The position numbers and the translations under genes are program-made. Positions 32,440-45,968 of a DNA stretch of 64,000 nt are shown one piece after another. The notes under the pieces are model-generated. The model did not search any database. It had not been told where the DNA came from and saw only the letters and a program-made list of their open reading frames with translations. Source of the stretch: Zygnema circumcarinatum SAG 698-1b (lineage: Eukaryota; Plantae; Zygnematophyceae); assembly GCA_037447605.1 (NCBI GenBank), contig CM074808.1, forward strand, positions 3,038,001 through 3,102,000. Reading direction: 5' to 3'. The stretch's first letter is position 1. Each line of letters begins with the position of its first letter.

Positions 32440-35027
32440 ATGGCGGTTCTCAGTGTATTTTTTCTTTCTTTTCTCAGCTATGTGGTGACTGCGCATGCGC
32501 TTGTGCCACAAGACGGTGCCAGTTATTCTAGGGAGCCTACTCATTACAACTATTCTCTGCATATCCTTAATAGCCATATGGTGCTGGATAGCTCTGCAGG
32601 CTCTGTTCGAATCTGGCATCCAAAAGACAACCCTGCTTTACGCGAGGAGGGCGCATGTATAGCGCACATATCTTTGGAGTCGCGTGTGCTGACTTTTCCC
32701 GCATACTTCGGCACCAATAATGTGCTTTACGTACTGCACGGTGGGACTCTGTGATTGGAACTGTTCAAAGGATGCGATTCACAAAGAATTTTGAAAATGT
32801 AGAAGTGCTGGATTCAAGTTTCTGCTTGTCCAGCCAACCAAACATGCAAAAATAGCCTAGAAGGTAAAGCTATTCTCGAATGCGGGAAAGTCACCAGGCA
32901 GTCTCCAGGTCGCCGTCTTCGTCAAAAAATGTTTTCTGACGAAATTCGGGGGGTTGATTCAGAAGTTTCATCATTGTGGGTGTTGAACGTTCTCCTTGGC
33001 TCACGGATTCTAACCTTGGGACGTGTCGACTTCGTGCAGGCTCTGGAAGAATTGGTGTGGTTCATAAAACTGGAACATCAGAAAAAGATTTGAAAGAAGG
33101 CGACATTTATGCACTTGGTGCTGGCCAAGTGGCGTACTTGATAAGCACGAATAGCACTGTCCTCTTCCAAGCCTATGTGCTTTTGAAGGCGCCCCTGCAC
33201 AAGCGGCTTGATGAGCGAATTTACCAGGTGCTTGTCATTTCCTTCCCCCCCTGTCTGGCCATTGTATCAAATGACACTCCTAGAGAAGGAAAAGCAGATT
33301 GCATTCTGGCGCTGGATTGGATTTTTTTGTTGGTAGGATGCTATTTTCCTTTATTTATTCATATTGCAACTTAAAGGTTTTTGTATGTGGCAAGTATATT
33401 TTTTAGACTTACCACGCTCTTGGTTGCAATTTTCAGCCATTTTTCTTAGCCGGTGGTCGTGAGCCAAAAGGGATCCTTGGAGCATTCGACGAAGAAATCC
33501 TTTCCCAGTCCTTTAAGGTACATTCTTTACTCTTGTGTGTATCTGCAAGAGACTTCGGAAAACCTTCCGCCACACATGCACGTCACTGTCTGGTTGTATT
33601 TTGACACTGCAGTTAGCTTTACGAGCTCGGTAACCTGTGGATATCTAGCCGTTGATGATTTTTTCATGGCCGATAGGAAAGCTGTTGGATATGTGTTAAG
33701 CATGCATGCTTAGCCTGGTTACAGACCTTGAACCTTTTGTCGTGTGAATAACCGCCGAATATGGTCATGCAGGTCAGGAAAGATGACGTGGACATCCTTA
33801 CATGGCAGAAGAGTGGGCCTTTCATACGGCTGCCTGAAGGCCATCCCCTTTTAAAACCTTCTCCCATTTCACTTTCAACGTGGTTTACGAGTTGGTTGAA
33901 GGTGCAATCAAACTTAATACACCCGCCTGCTTGCCAGTCTGCCTTTCTTAAGGGCTTTACTAGTCGGCTAAGGCCAATCCCATTATGTCTATTTTTCTGG
34001 TTACGCCAGCCATAACCCATCTGATATGATTAGACATCTGAATTTCGTGTTTTTCTTTCCTTTACAATTGCTATTTCTAAGCTTGTGCTCTGTGTAAGAT
34101 TTCACTCTATTTTTTGCTTTTGCCGGTATTCCAGTATGGAGCTGATGATGATGATGATGTGCCGGAGCCATACAATATCCTTGAGGAGGACCATGATGTG
34201 GACAGCGACAGTGGTTGGTCCACTGTTATCCATGCAAAAAAGTTTGGACTTCTTAAGAAAGTGGACCTTGGCGCGTTTGCTGTCTCCCTCAGGCCGGTGA
34301 GGTCTAGTTAACGTGCATCTTGATTCTTCCTTGCCCACTCTGCTGTACAGTTCCTTTCTTGCAAATTGAGCACAACAAAAAGCCGTGGTGTACCACTCCG
34401 GAGGATGTGAGCTGGTCATTCACGGATCGTGGGGAATGTGTTGCAGGCTGCACAAATTGCTCCCCATTGGAATTCTCACACGACAGAAATTGTGATTGTG
34501 ACGAGGGGAAGTGGCTGGTTTGAAGTGGCTCATCCTAATGGCTCTGCCATCCTCAGCAAAGCTCTGAAGAAGGGAGACATCTTTGTTGTGCCTCGATTTC
34601 ATCCCGTTGTAGAACAAGGCTCTCGTGCGGATGTCTTGGAATTTGTAGGCTTTACTACGTCAGCAACATCCAAGCCTCCATCCTTCTTGGCAGGTAGTGC
34701 TGACTTCTGGAGCTCTTTCCGCATTTGCTTTTGTTTTTTGCTTTTTTTATCCCTCCACCTCTTATGTCCTCCTTTCATAAAGGTTTAAATGCGGGTCTGA
34801 GAGATAAATTTCGTTATGATGCATCAGGTTCAAATTCAGTGCTTCGAGGATTCAAGGGAAGTGTGCTTGCTGCCATATTCGACGCTCCCAAGGACCGCAT
34901 CAAGGACTTCCTGAATGCTCAGGACGAAGCGGTCATCATTTCACCAAATGTGACCCGGCGCGGCAATCCAGCAAAAAAGCTTATAGACTGGTTCGGGAAC
35001 GCCTTGCTTGCCGATGCGTACATGTGA
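32440..35027 (+). CDS. Vicilin-like (7S globulin) bicupin protein with signal peptide, multi-exon
   Basis: Hydrophobic N-terminus MAVLSVFFLSFLSYVVTAHA. Cupin 1: PAYFGTNNVLYVLHG-GSGRIG...LKEGDIY, PFFLAGG...ILGAFDEEILSQSF. Cupin 2: APHWNSHTTEIVIVTRGSG...LKKGDIFVVPRFHP, FVGFTTSA, FLAGSNSVL. Confidence 0.85.
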
Positions 35028-37522
35028 AGTGGAGAGGCTAGAACATAGCCGAAGATGGAATGTCCAGTGGTTTCTGGAGATGTTGCTTTTTTGACTCTCG
35101 GCCAGGGAGGGAATTTGTAGACGTGTTCTCCCTTATGGCTATATGCAAAGGAGAGCAGCTCCGTTTTTGAAGGATAACCAGTGGCGTGTGGTTGCTTCTA
35201 ATGCTGTGGGCTGCACTGCTGTCTGACGCAAGTGGTTGCATTGACTGGAGTTTGTGCATGTGTGTATGCATACACAGCGTGAATGTGCGAATGTCATTTG
35301 ATGTGTATCTTTCAGAACCATCCCGCTGTGTTGAAATTCCGCTGAGTTCAAAAGAGGATATATCCTTCTTTCACTCTCAAAGCAGTTCGAACTCCAGTTG
35401 CGTCCTCCCCACCGGGCGAGCGAACGAGGCTGGAAGGGAGGGCGCGTGTTCGTCTTCATCTAAGCATTCAACTAAGAGACAAATCGTGGGAATGATCGTG
35501 GGAAACCGCGAGGGACTGTAGCAAAGAAGCAAAGGACAAAAGAAGTATCCGCTAGGAGTGAACAGTTACGCCCCGCTTTGTTGAGCCTAGACGTAGTTTT
35601 TCGCTCCGAGCTTTTTTTTTTTGTCTTTGGGTCCTTTGCGGCCAGTTTCTCGTGGTTTCCCATGATGTGATGTTGTCCATGCACTTGATGGCATCATCGC
35701 CATCGTGAGATCAATGCCACTCCCTCCCCCGCCTCGCCCCTACGCTTGTCCCCATTAGAATCGAACTCTCGCCCTTCCGGCCCAGAACGGCGCCGTGGCG
35801 CACACACGACCGTCGATTATAGGGGCTGGCCATCGCAAAAAACTAGCGCCAGCCGTCGATGCTTTCTATTTTTTAAACATTTATTTTTTTAAGTGCATGT
35901 TGCAGGTGCAGGAATTTCGTCATCTTGACGTCATCAAATGGCCTCGAGCCCCACAGGGACGTCCCAAAATCTGCGATTTCGCGCGGAGGACCGGCCAAAT
36001 CAGGGCGGATTCGAATGACGTGTCACATAGCCACGTAGGCCCTAATATACCAGCCATCCCTGTACGGCCCCCTGCGCTGTCAGTTGGCGCACGTTTTTTG
36101 TTCGCTTGCCTCGGAACGACTCACGAGGTTCGTACAAATCGTACGGCAACGTCCGTACGGTAAGGTACCCAGCCAATAAGAAGCGCTGATTTGAGGTCCA
36201 GCCAATCAGCGCGAGGTGCAAGCAGCCACGTGGCGGCCCCTGACAACACGGCCGCCGCCCCGGTCTGACCGGCTCCCTTTCCGTACGGATATGTCGGCGC
36301 CTTACAGGAGGCTCCCGCCAGCCGTGGGGCCGTGCGCGGGCGCCGCTACAAAACGACAAGCACACGGCAGTTATTGCAATGTACGGCAATCATGGGGCTT
36401 TCGGAGAATCCCAGGATCGAATCAACGGCCGGAGCGGCTTTTCGCACGCCGCCTGGGCGTCCCTTTTAGGAAAACTGTTCGAAAACGACAAAACGCGGCA
36501 GCTCGGGCGGTTATTCGCCAACAAATCCGTACACTCATTATAGGTCACGCCCCGCCTTCTGCTGCCCCTTCCCGACAATAAAGCGCCGTGGCGTATCTCC
36601 GTACAGAATCCTGCCGCCCTCGCCGCGCGGGAGTCAGCCAGGCTGGGCCGTACGGCAAGACCGTGGCCGCCAGTTGTCCGCGCAGGGCCTCCCGCCACGT
36701 GGGAGCTGCTAGCGGTGCCACCGTTGTGGCCGCCGTACGAAGGCCGTTATTGGGCGGGAGGCCGCATCGGATCGTGCGGGGGAGCGCGGAACCGCGCGGC
36801 CCGCGAGCTGTGGAGTGACGTGGCGCCCTGCGATTGGCAGGGAATGCGAACGGCCAAGCGCGGTGGACACCGGAAATTGGCACAAAGTCAAACCGGCCCC
36901 GCCTGCCTGCAAACCCGGTTTGTGGTTTGCGGTTTGTGAATTTCATGGACAACATTTCCGCAGGGTTCATGGAGACCCTCCGAACCCTAAAACCCCAAAC
37001 CCTAAAAGCGGCCAAGCCCTTGCAGTGAGGCCCAAGTAGGCGCAGGCTTTTAGGGTTTGTCCCCGACCACAACAGGAGAGCCATGGCCACGCCCACACTT
37101 GCACATCGCGAATATCGTCATCGTCATTGTCATCATCATGATCATGATCATTTCCGCCTCCTTCCGCGAGGAGGCGCAGCGCACAGAGTGCGGTTGGCTG
37201 TACACGTTCGAGGGGCCAATTCCTGCTGACTTCGCCTGCCTGCCTGCCTGCCTTACCCTCTCCACTACTACTGCTACTGCTACAAACAGACCACCCTGCC
37301 GGTCCTACACATTATTCGATGACAGTCTAAAGAAATTGCGTTCACAAACAATCAAAAGATTATATTCAACTCCTACCATTTCTGCCTCCCTCCCCATGCC
37401 TACCTCCTCTACCATTACCCCATTGCTTCCAAAACTCCTCCCAACACCTGGTTACCTTCAAATCAAACGCCTACAAACCCTCATCAACATGTAAACCCTA
37501 CCACCATCTAGAGCCCCTATGC

Positions 37523-39842
37523 CTACTTGACCAGCACGCCGCGCTGCCTCGCCCTCCTCTTCTCCTCCACCGCCGTGAACTCCAACACCATCTCCACCAG
37601 CATCTCCTGCATCACCATCGCCTCCAGCTCGAACACCACCTCCGCCCTCTCCTCCCCAATCTCCACCCACTTCTCCAACCCTCGCGTCATGTCCCTCCTC
37701 GCTGCATCATCCAAAATGTCGTAAACTTCATCTGAAGTCGGAACTGGCCAGTCGTGAACCTCCAACCAGACCTCCTGCAGGAGGTCCTTTCCGGTAGGCC
37801 GCGGCCTTATTGTGGGCTTCTCCCTTTTCACCCATGGAGGCGGCGTCACAAAGGGAGCGAGCCTCCTTCCCAACGCTTCATTGACAGCATCAAAGAGAAG
37901 CATGCGCTGCCTGCGCTCCTCACTCCTCCTCGCAGCATCCAAAGAGGGCCTCCCCGAGCTGCCCACCGCGTTCGAAGCACCCAAAGCTATCCCTAATTCG
38001 AGCTGCTCGAACACGGCGGGGTTCATTGGAAGCTGCGCGGAATGCCAGGGTGGGAGCGTCTCTGCACTGAACCCTGAAACCACGAGGATTTGGCGCACGT
38101 ACTCCAAGTCCTGCTCCATGCCCTCCACCTCTCCGATGAAGTCAAGAGAGGCAAACTCGAGCGAGTCTGCCGTGTCGCAGGAGCTCGCCTTCGACTGCGA
38201 CATTGTGAGACGTTCCACCACGTCTCCAAGGTGCCGCTGGAAATCGAGCATGCATGCTTCCCCGTTGCTCCTTCCCTCAATGTTGAGGCCACTCAAAGAC
38301 ATGCTTCCTGCAGAGAGCAAACATTTCCACAGTTTAGAGCCTACTTCGCATTTATCGATACAGCAACCACCATGTTGAGAAATTGAGTATATCAACTCAT
38401 GCCGCGAGGAAGTAATCAGCAATCGGACATCATTCATCTGGTGGAATCAGACTTTCTCGAAGCCTCACCTCCGCCAGTACTGTGTCTCAGCCCATCTTCA
38501 CTGTCGACAGGAGAGACCGACTCGTCTGGCAGAACAAGGTCCAAAGTGGAGACAGGGCTGTACTCTCCTTCGTTCCACCTCCCTCCCTCCTTCCCTCCCA
38601 CCATGTTCCACATCTTCGCTCCGCTGTGGCGAGGTGTGCCGATCATCACATTGCTGTCCCTCTCATCACGCTGCATGTCGTGCAAACACACACATTCTCA
38701 GAAAAATAGTTGGAAAAAGCTGCATTCACAATGGTAAAACGTGGGCACCATGAAACACAGCAACAGAGTACATTCTCGCAAAAAGAGGCACACTCTTCCT
38801 GCCCGAAATCACATCTGCTTTACATAATCTGAAGCGACTTCTGTTATCACAGGTCTCCCAACCCCACCCTGTTGTCAGGAAACAGTACCTGCACTGCCTT
38901 TCCGTGCTCCCCTGATGCATGTCCTCCAGCATCTCTAGCTTTCCCGCTCGGGGGAGATGCAAACTGCCGCCCATTGTCGCTTGAAGAAGTGTTTGAATTT
39001 CCTGCGTTTGTCCTCCTTGCAGAATCATCACTGTGAAGCTTTGATTCCCTTTTGGAACCATCCTGACCCGATCTGCTCTTGGATGCTGCCGAGGACCTCT
39101 CTGAAGGTTTCAACTCCGCAGAACTGACCGCCTCCTGTCCTTTAGGGTTCAAATTCTTTGAAAATTTCACCGGAAAAAGCCGTTCCCTGGCTGTTCCCTT
39201 CACTTCTGAACCAAAAATGTTACCCTTTCCGTCCAAATCTGCCACTTTTTCGTTCCTGCTCGATCCCAGAGAATGACGCCGGACATTCACAGAGGAAGAG
39301 ACCGCCCTGACCTCCTTCTGCTCCACTCTTTTCTCTGAAACTGCAGTAACTTTTTTCGCCGGAGATACCCTCACTGAAGATTCAGGCTCCGCCCAGACCT
39401 TCCCTGAAGTTCTAGCATGTTCCGCTTCCCCTGCAGGCGAGCCTCCCAGACTGCGCCTCCTTCCATCAAAGTCCAGCCTACCACTCCTGCCGTGGCCTCC
39501 TACCTCTCCTCCACTCTCTCCATTTCTCCCTCTCTCTCCACTACCTTCAGTGGCCGGCCTCAGCCTGCCACCTGGAAGGTACTTGGAGGGAGGGGGAGAG
39601 GGAGTGCGCGGAGAAAGAGACCGAGGAGAGGAGTGGCTACCATGGTTGCCGGAAGCTTCCAAGGAAGCGTCCTGCGCGGCGACATGGCCCGAAGGCACAG
39701 CGCTGCCAGCCCGCGACTTGGCGAGCGAGGCCTGCGTTGGAGCCAACAGCCTACTGTTCAGCCCTAAGCGTGCCACGAGTCCCATTCCCCGCCTTCCACT
39801 CCCTGCATCTGCTTGATTCGCATTCTCCCCGTCCCCCTCCAT
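37523..39842 (-). CDS. TRM/LONGIFOLIA-like protein (TON1-recruiting motif, DUF4378 C-terminus)
   Basis: N-terminal LVARLGLNS (VARLMGL-like), basic Ser-rich middle, YSPVSTLD (SPVSVL-like), and C-terminal YVRQILVVSGF...WHS...PMNPAVFEQLE...LLFDAVNEAL...LEAMVMQEMLVEMV. Internal exon boundaries are not fully resolved. Confidence 0.75.
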
Positions 39843-41024
39843 CTCTCTCCCTTCTCCTCACTCTCCCTGCCTATATCTCCCTCCAACCGGACCCCTCCCT
39901 TCTCGCTCCCTCTCCCTCTCCCCCTCTCCCTCTCCTCCTCCCCGTGCATTCACCCCCCCCTAAGGCCTCCCCGGGGCGGCGCGCGGCAGGCGAGCGCAGA
40001 GCGCCGGGGAGCGCTCAAAAGTGGGCTCTGGCGGGCGGGGCGGCTCGCACGTGCGGGAGAGCCGCCCCGCCCGCCATGGCGCGGCGCGCAGCGTCCTTCT
40101 GGCGCCCGCCCACTTGGCCCTCCGCGTCGTACGGACAACCCATCCACGTGGTGCCCTTCGATTCGCCGCCTTGCCAGTTTTGCGCCCACTCGCACGTGCC
40201 AGAGCGGGCCCCCATTAGCCGACTCCGCCCTGACTCCGCCTGGCGCGCGGCCCGCGCGTCAGAGACCGTCGGCGGCATTTGAATTTTTGGGCCCTCCCAT
40301 TGGCCGCCCGGATTGCGCGAAAATGGGAATGGGGGCGCACGTTGGGGCCGCAGGGACGCAGGCGACAAAAAGGTGACGTCATAAGCACCGTCATTGCCGG
40401 GGCCGACGCAGCAGGCGGCCACGTGGCGCCCCTGGGAGGCGCTGACAGGTGGCGCCAGTTGCGCCAGGCTGGCAGGGGAGGCCTGGGAGAGGGGAGGGAG
40501 GGGATGGAACATGGGGATGGTGACGCGCATGGCATGGCATGGCATGACATGGCGTGGCATGGCATGCCATGTGGGGGATGGCATGTGGGGCGATGGGGGG
40601 GGGGATGGAGGGCTCTGATGGTTGAGTCAGGGGCCGCATCCGATGATGCGGACGCGGCACGTGGCCAGAGAGGCCCTCAGCGGAATTCCGCGCTGTCACC
40701 ACTCGTGCGGCGGAGGGCCCAATTGGGGGCCGGGCGGGGGCTAATGATTGCGGGGATGGCGCTTTCAAAGCCCACGTGCTCCGGCCGCGGCTGCACGGTA
40801 AATGCAATTGGCTTCCCACTTTTCCGCTCTCTCCTCTCGCCTGTCTCTCTCCCTCACGTGTCGTTACTTGAGTTTATGAGCCCTCAACACAGCAGCGGGT
40901 GAGAGAGAGAGAGAGAGAGAAAAAGAGGGAGAGAGAGAAGACCGCGAGTCGATCACACCCACTGACAACACACATCAAGGCACATTTTTGCTGTACTGAA
41001 ACACCTTGAAGAGAAATTGCTCCA

Positions 41025-44000
41025 TCAACTGAAAGTCTGGCCGCTGGGCGCGGCCTTGACCGCCAGCCTGAGCCTGAGCACGCCCGTGAGCTTCTTGTCG
41101 TTCACATTCAGCACAGCGCCGCCAAGAGGGCCCTCGACCAGCTCCTGCAGGGGAAGGCTGAGGTTGCCACGTGTCATCTCCTCCAGCACCGGCGGCGCCT
41201 GCATGTAGAGGGTCCGCCCTTGGCAGGAAACGCTGGGCTTCAGCACCTTGCCCTTGAACCGCGGGTCCGCCACTATCTGCCCCATCAACTGTCACCCGCA
41301 CATGAAGGGACAGTCAGCCGTACAGGCTGAAGAATATGACTGTACACCTGACTTGCACTTACGCTCAATTCAATCATGCACGCATGCTGAATGGCTGGAG
41401 GTTCAGGCAACACACATGTAGGGAGCAGGAAGGAGCGGGAGTGAGGAAGAGGCAGGTTAAGGAGAGCAAGTGGGTCGGAAGGGTTCTAGGCAGGTGAAGG
41501 AGAACGTGTCAGGACAACAAAAGAGTAGGTGAAGGAGAGGGAGTGGGAAGGGAGAGGAAGTGGCAGGCGACGGAGAGAGGGCAAGAAGGTGTGGGCAGGA
41601 AGAGGGAGAGGCAGATGCAGGGAAGACGAGAGGGCGACGTGGACCTCAGGGAGAGGCAGATGACAGAAAGGGGTTGCGGAAAGTTGCAGGCGCGGGAGAG
41701 GGATGCGGTTGAAGGATGTAAAACGACAGGAGGTAGAGAAAGGAAACGAGAGAAAGAAAGGTCGGTAAAGTGAGGGAGCCCAAGACGAGAGTGAAAGGAA
41801 GTTGCACATCCAATTTGCCATCCTTTCAGCAGGTTGTCCGTCAGACAATGCGCCAAAATTTGGAATGTGTTGAAAACAATTGTGCGCTTGTTCTGGCCTC
41901 AGTGCAGTGAGGTCTCTGACGTCAAATATGATGCGTGAAGCAGCGGATGCATGACATACCCCCTGCAAGGTGATGTCGGGCTGCACTTCCACCAGCACTC
42001 CTGCGCTGCACATGATGCACTCCGCATCCTTCTCATACGACACCGTGTGCGAGTACACGCCCTGCGTCCCGACATACCTGCACCACTCCACACCTCGCCA
42101 TTTGATCAAAACAAAGGCGTATTAGGGCACATAAAGGTTACCTTTAGGCTATTTCGAATTTGCTGCTTCTATAATCGATGCAAGCAGTGCGAATGGCTTA
42201 CGGAACCACATGAAATGCAGACAACAAACAGTGAAACGTAAAAGCAGGGGCAAAAAAACTGTTGGGTATGACACGATGCATAGTTCATTCAGAAGGCAGG
42301 AGACTCACATCATATAATTGTCCATTCCAGTGCTGCACATTGTTGCAATTTTTAGAGTCTCCAAAGCACAAACTGCAGCTATGATCGCATTTGTTGAGGC
42401 GATTGCTGGAATAATGTTCTTCACCACTCCCTGAACCCCCCCCAAAAGGAGAAGGAAGAAATTGGTCAGCGAGAGTTCCAACTTTTTAACGGTGACTCCA
42501 ACCGTACACTTCTGCACAATGCAGGAGCTTTGCAAAGTACGGATATCTAACTGAATTTCGATAGAATTCGTATAATTTTCAAGCTTGAGTTCAGACAGGA
42601 GAAACCCTAAACTCTTGTCCAAATAGGGTCAACTTTTACAGTTTCCTCAGGGTCTTATGACTTTTTAAATGTTAAGGTTTTGACATATTGTAAGCGTAAA
42701 GCTTGAATAATACCTGAGTGAGGGTGTAAGTCACACCAGAAATGTTAAAATGTTCTGCACGTTTTAAGGCCTGCACCAAAAAAAGGTAAAAAATAACGGG
42801 GTTAAGTTTACAGGACGGGCAAACTATGAAGAGGAAAAGTGCTGCACTTGGGTATACGGTTACGAGATAAACTTCTTCTCATTCAATCAAACAATTTTAC
42901 AAGTTAGCTTTGACGTATGAAGGGAATCAAGGAGAAACTAAGAATCATATTCGAGACTGCTGCTATGACATCTACATACCAAAGACGAGTTTCACAGTGA
43001 GGCTGCATCAATGTTTTAAATTTCATGGTTCACCCTGCATTTAAAGCTAAAGTAACTCATTGTCAGGGCATTCTATGCAGCAATGCATGATTGAGTTGCT
43101 GACAAAGTCCACAGGTATCGAAGCATAGGTCAGCATTTAGGGCTACGGGTTTTCAAGGGAGAGGATCAGGGTTACATTGTATGCTGCATTGCACCTTTTC
43201 ATACATCCACTTCATATGCTCTGGATTGTCCGCGTCAAATGTTTCCCCAGCTCTCTCCTGCGATCTCAGTTGCGTCCCCCTTTCGTGCACGTTAAGCGTT
43301 TACAACGCGCTTCTTTTTAAATTATTAATCTGGTATCAAAATACAAAGGACGGGGTTTCCAAGATGTGCCACACCTACGACTTCCAACTGACAACTAAAA
43401 GCTCAAGTATTCCTAATCAAGTATTCCTCCAACAGAGAGCATATTAAGGAGTAGGGAAAGGAGTATAAGGTGGAATTTCACCTGATCCCAGAGAATGAGG
43501 TGGACATACTCTATGCAGTGGGCGGGAGACCTGGGAGTTTCTGCCAACGTGCATAGGGGGAAGGTGACTTGCGGTGGAAACAGCCAGAGAGTGCACTGGA
43601 AGCAAGGAGTGATCCCAGGAAAAATGACTCGAGCATGACCCTTGAAGCCTTCCGTGCCTCCATCAACCATCGGTTTGATGGTGCTTTGGTCCAACGTGCC
43701 ATCCATGTCATACTCTGCACATGCATGCACATATGTGTGAATGGTTACTTCAGGTTTGTATGGAGCTATATGCAGAGAAAGGATCCCGAAAGGAACTCGA
43801 AACAACAGACGTCCAATAGCCCTAAGTTAAGAGTCGTACCACGTTGCATTTTGATGGGAAAGAAGTCACTTTTGAGTAAGGGTCTAAGATTTGAGGAGCA
43901 ATTTGGTCAAAGTTTTCACGAAAACAGCCACCAATACTTAATCTTTTCAACTACTCGCTACAATTGCGCGATGATATGCGAGGAGAATATGAGGGACACT

Positions 44001-45409
44001 TCTAAATCAAGCGTCTTAACTGAACAGCGAACCGTAAAACCACCCAAAAAACAAAACAGTGAAGAGGCTACTTACCCAGGAAACTGCAGACAATAGAGTT
44101 TATATAACTTCGTGCTTCCAATGAGTCCAATCCAAGTACAATAATTTGGAAATCCCGATAAAAGTCGATTTCTTTGTCCTCTATCCGACAGAAATGGGGC
44201 ACAACTGTGACTCCCTTCACTCTTTTCATCACCTTCTCTGCCGCCACTGTCGCCTTTGGCTTTCCCAGATCTGCCATTCTGCATAGGAGGAGCTGCCAGT
44301 TTTAGGGTTTCCATGACTTCGACTACTTGGTTTCAGAGGTTTCCAAGGGCTGGCTCCAGATAGAAGCTAGATTTCTTTGGGTTTCAAATGTTTCCAGGGG
44401 TTCCAGGTAGAGGTGTATGACACCATTAGGCAACAAAGAGGTAAGAGGAGAACAGTGAGCAAGGGGAGGCTCCACACATCAACAATACATCGTTCGAGTA
44501 GAGTATGAACAATACTCTTCTTTGCTTGTGACTCCACAACTATGTCCAATCTAACCTCTCTTCTTTACCATGCGATTGGCTTACATTAAGCTCGATCTGT
44601 GGCTTTCATAGACAATAAACTCGCCAACCATTTTTTCTACACAAACGATCTAGGGTAAAGAAAAACGCATCATGACGTGAGTCCAAGTTGACGTGAGTAA
44701 CAGTAAGAAAGCACACCTGAACAAGAACTGCCTGTTCAAATTAGAAACATCGATTGTGTCCATGTCAATCACATCGATATGGCCAAAACCTGATAATGCC
44801 AAGTCCTTCAAAAGTTCGCAGCCGAGTCCTCCAGCTCCGATCACCAAAATTCTGCAGTCATTTTGCAAAAAGTCACGCACCTGGACATGATCCACAAGTG
44901 TAAAGGTGCAAATGAGAGTTCCAGAGGTAAAGCACAGCCCTGGTGGACGTCTCGGACCAGATTTACAGGACAATCGCACTATCTTGAAATGAAGGCGGCA
45001 TACCTGCCGCACTACCACGTCAACTTGGAGCCAGATTTCATTACAGTTTAATTTGTAGTGAAGAATTGTAAAGCCAGGGTTCACCAGAAAATACAAAGAA
45101 ACGACGGCTGAATCCCGAGGCTTAGAAAGGCTAAAATTAAAAAATCTGACCCCGTGAACTAAGAGTTGCATGCTGGCAAACTCTCTCTGGTGCCGTTGCT
45201 GGTTTGCCAGTTTTACTTGCTAGTAACGGTTCACAAGGAAGCTTTCCAAACCCTGAAAATCGTTTAAAGTAGGAGAGAGGGCAGATATGGACACTCACTT
45301 CAGGCCCTGGCTCAAATCCTGGTCCGACAATGTTGCCCTGCCGGAGCAGGAGGCGATCCAAATCTTTCCAGCGACCCTCCAAATGTGGTCCGCCTTGGTC
45401 TACCTCCAT
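41025..45409 (-). CDS. UBA3: NEDD8/RUB-activating enzyme E1 catalytic subunit (UBA3/ECR1), multi-exon
   Basis: [84 protein letters not shown], catalytic [43 protein letters not shown]. Confidence 0.95.
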
Positions 45410-45968
45410 GGCTGCCGTAGTAAGGAAAAAGTTCAGGTTCCCCTTCTCCGATGTACTTGATGAGACTGGTTTTCAAGCTTCAAATTACTGCTCCCAAGAT
45501 TAGGGCTGGAACGCCACTAACGGACTGAAACACGATAGATTCACATTGACCTAACGATGGCGACGACATCGGTATGTGCAACCTTGGACAGAATGCTGCA
45601 AGGCACTACTGTCTGTGCAATATCAAATACTGTTGTGCTGAGTAAGATTCCATACTGTCGTTTCATCCAACAGCTTCAGCTGCATAGCAGCCGGACCCAC
45701 TCCAGTACCTCATCCACTGCTAGTTATGTTTACTACGCAGTATCTGTTAGTGTTCAACTGCGGGCGGATAAAACAGCGTGGAGACATATGCCCCTGCGTG
45801 CGCGTTCACGTGCGGCGGTGTAACTGCCGCAGAGCGCGCCATAGAACGGCCCGCGGAGGATGACGGACATGGCTGGAGCCTGCCTGCGTGCGTGCCTCGC
45901 TGTACGTACGCCCGTCACGTCACGTGTGCAGTTGCTGCCATCTTCAAACTCGGCACCTCTATGCAGAG

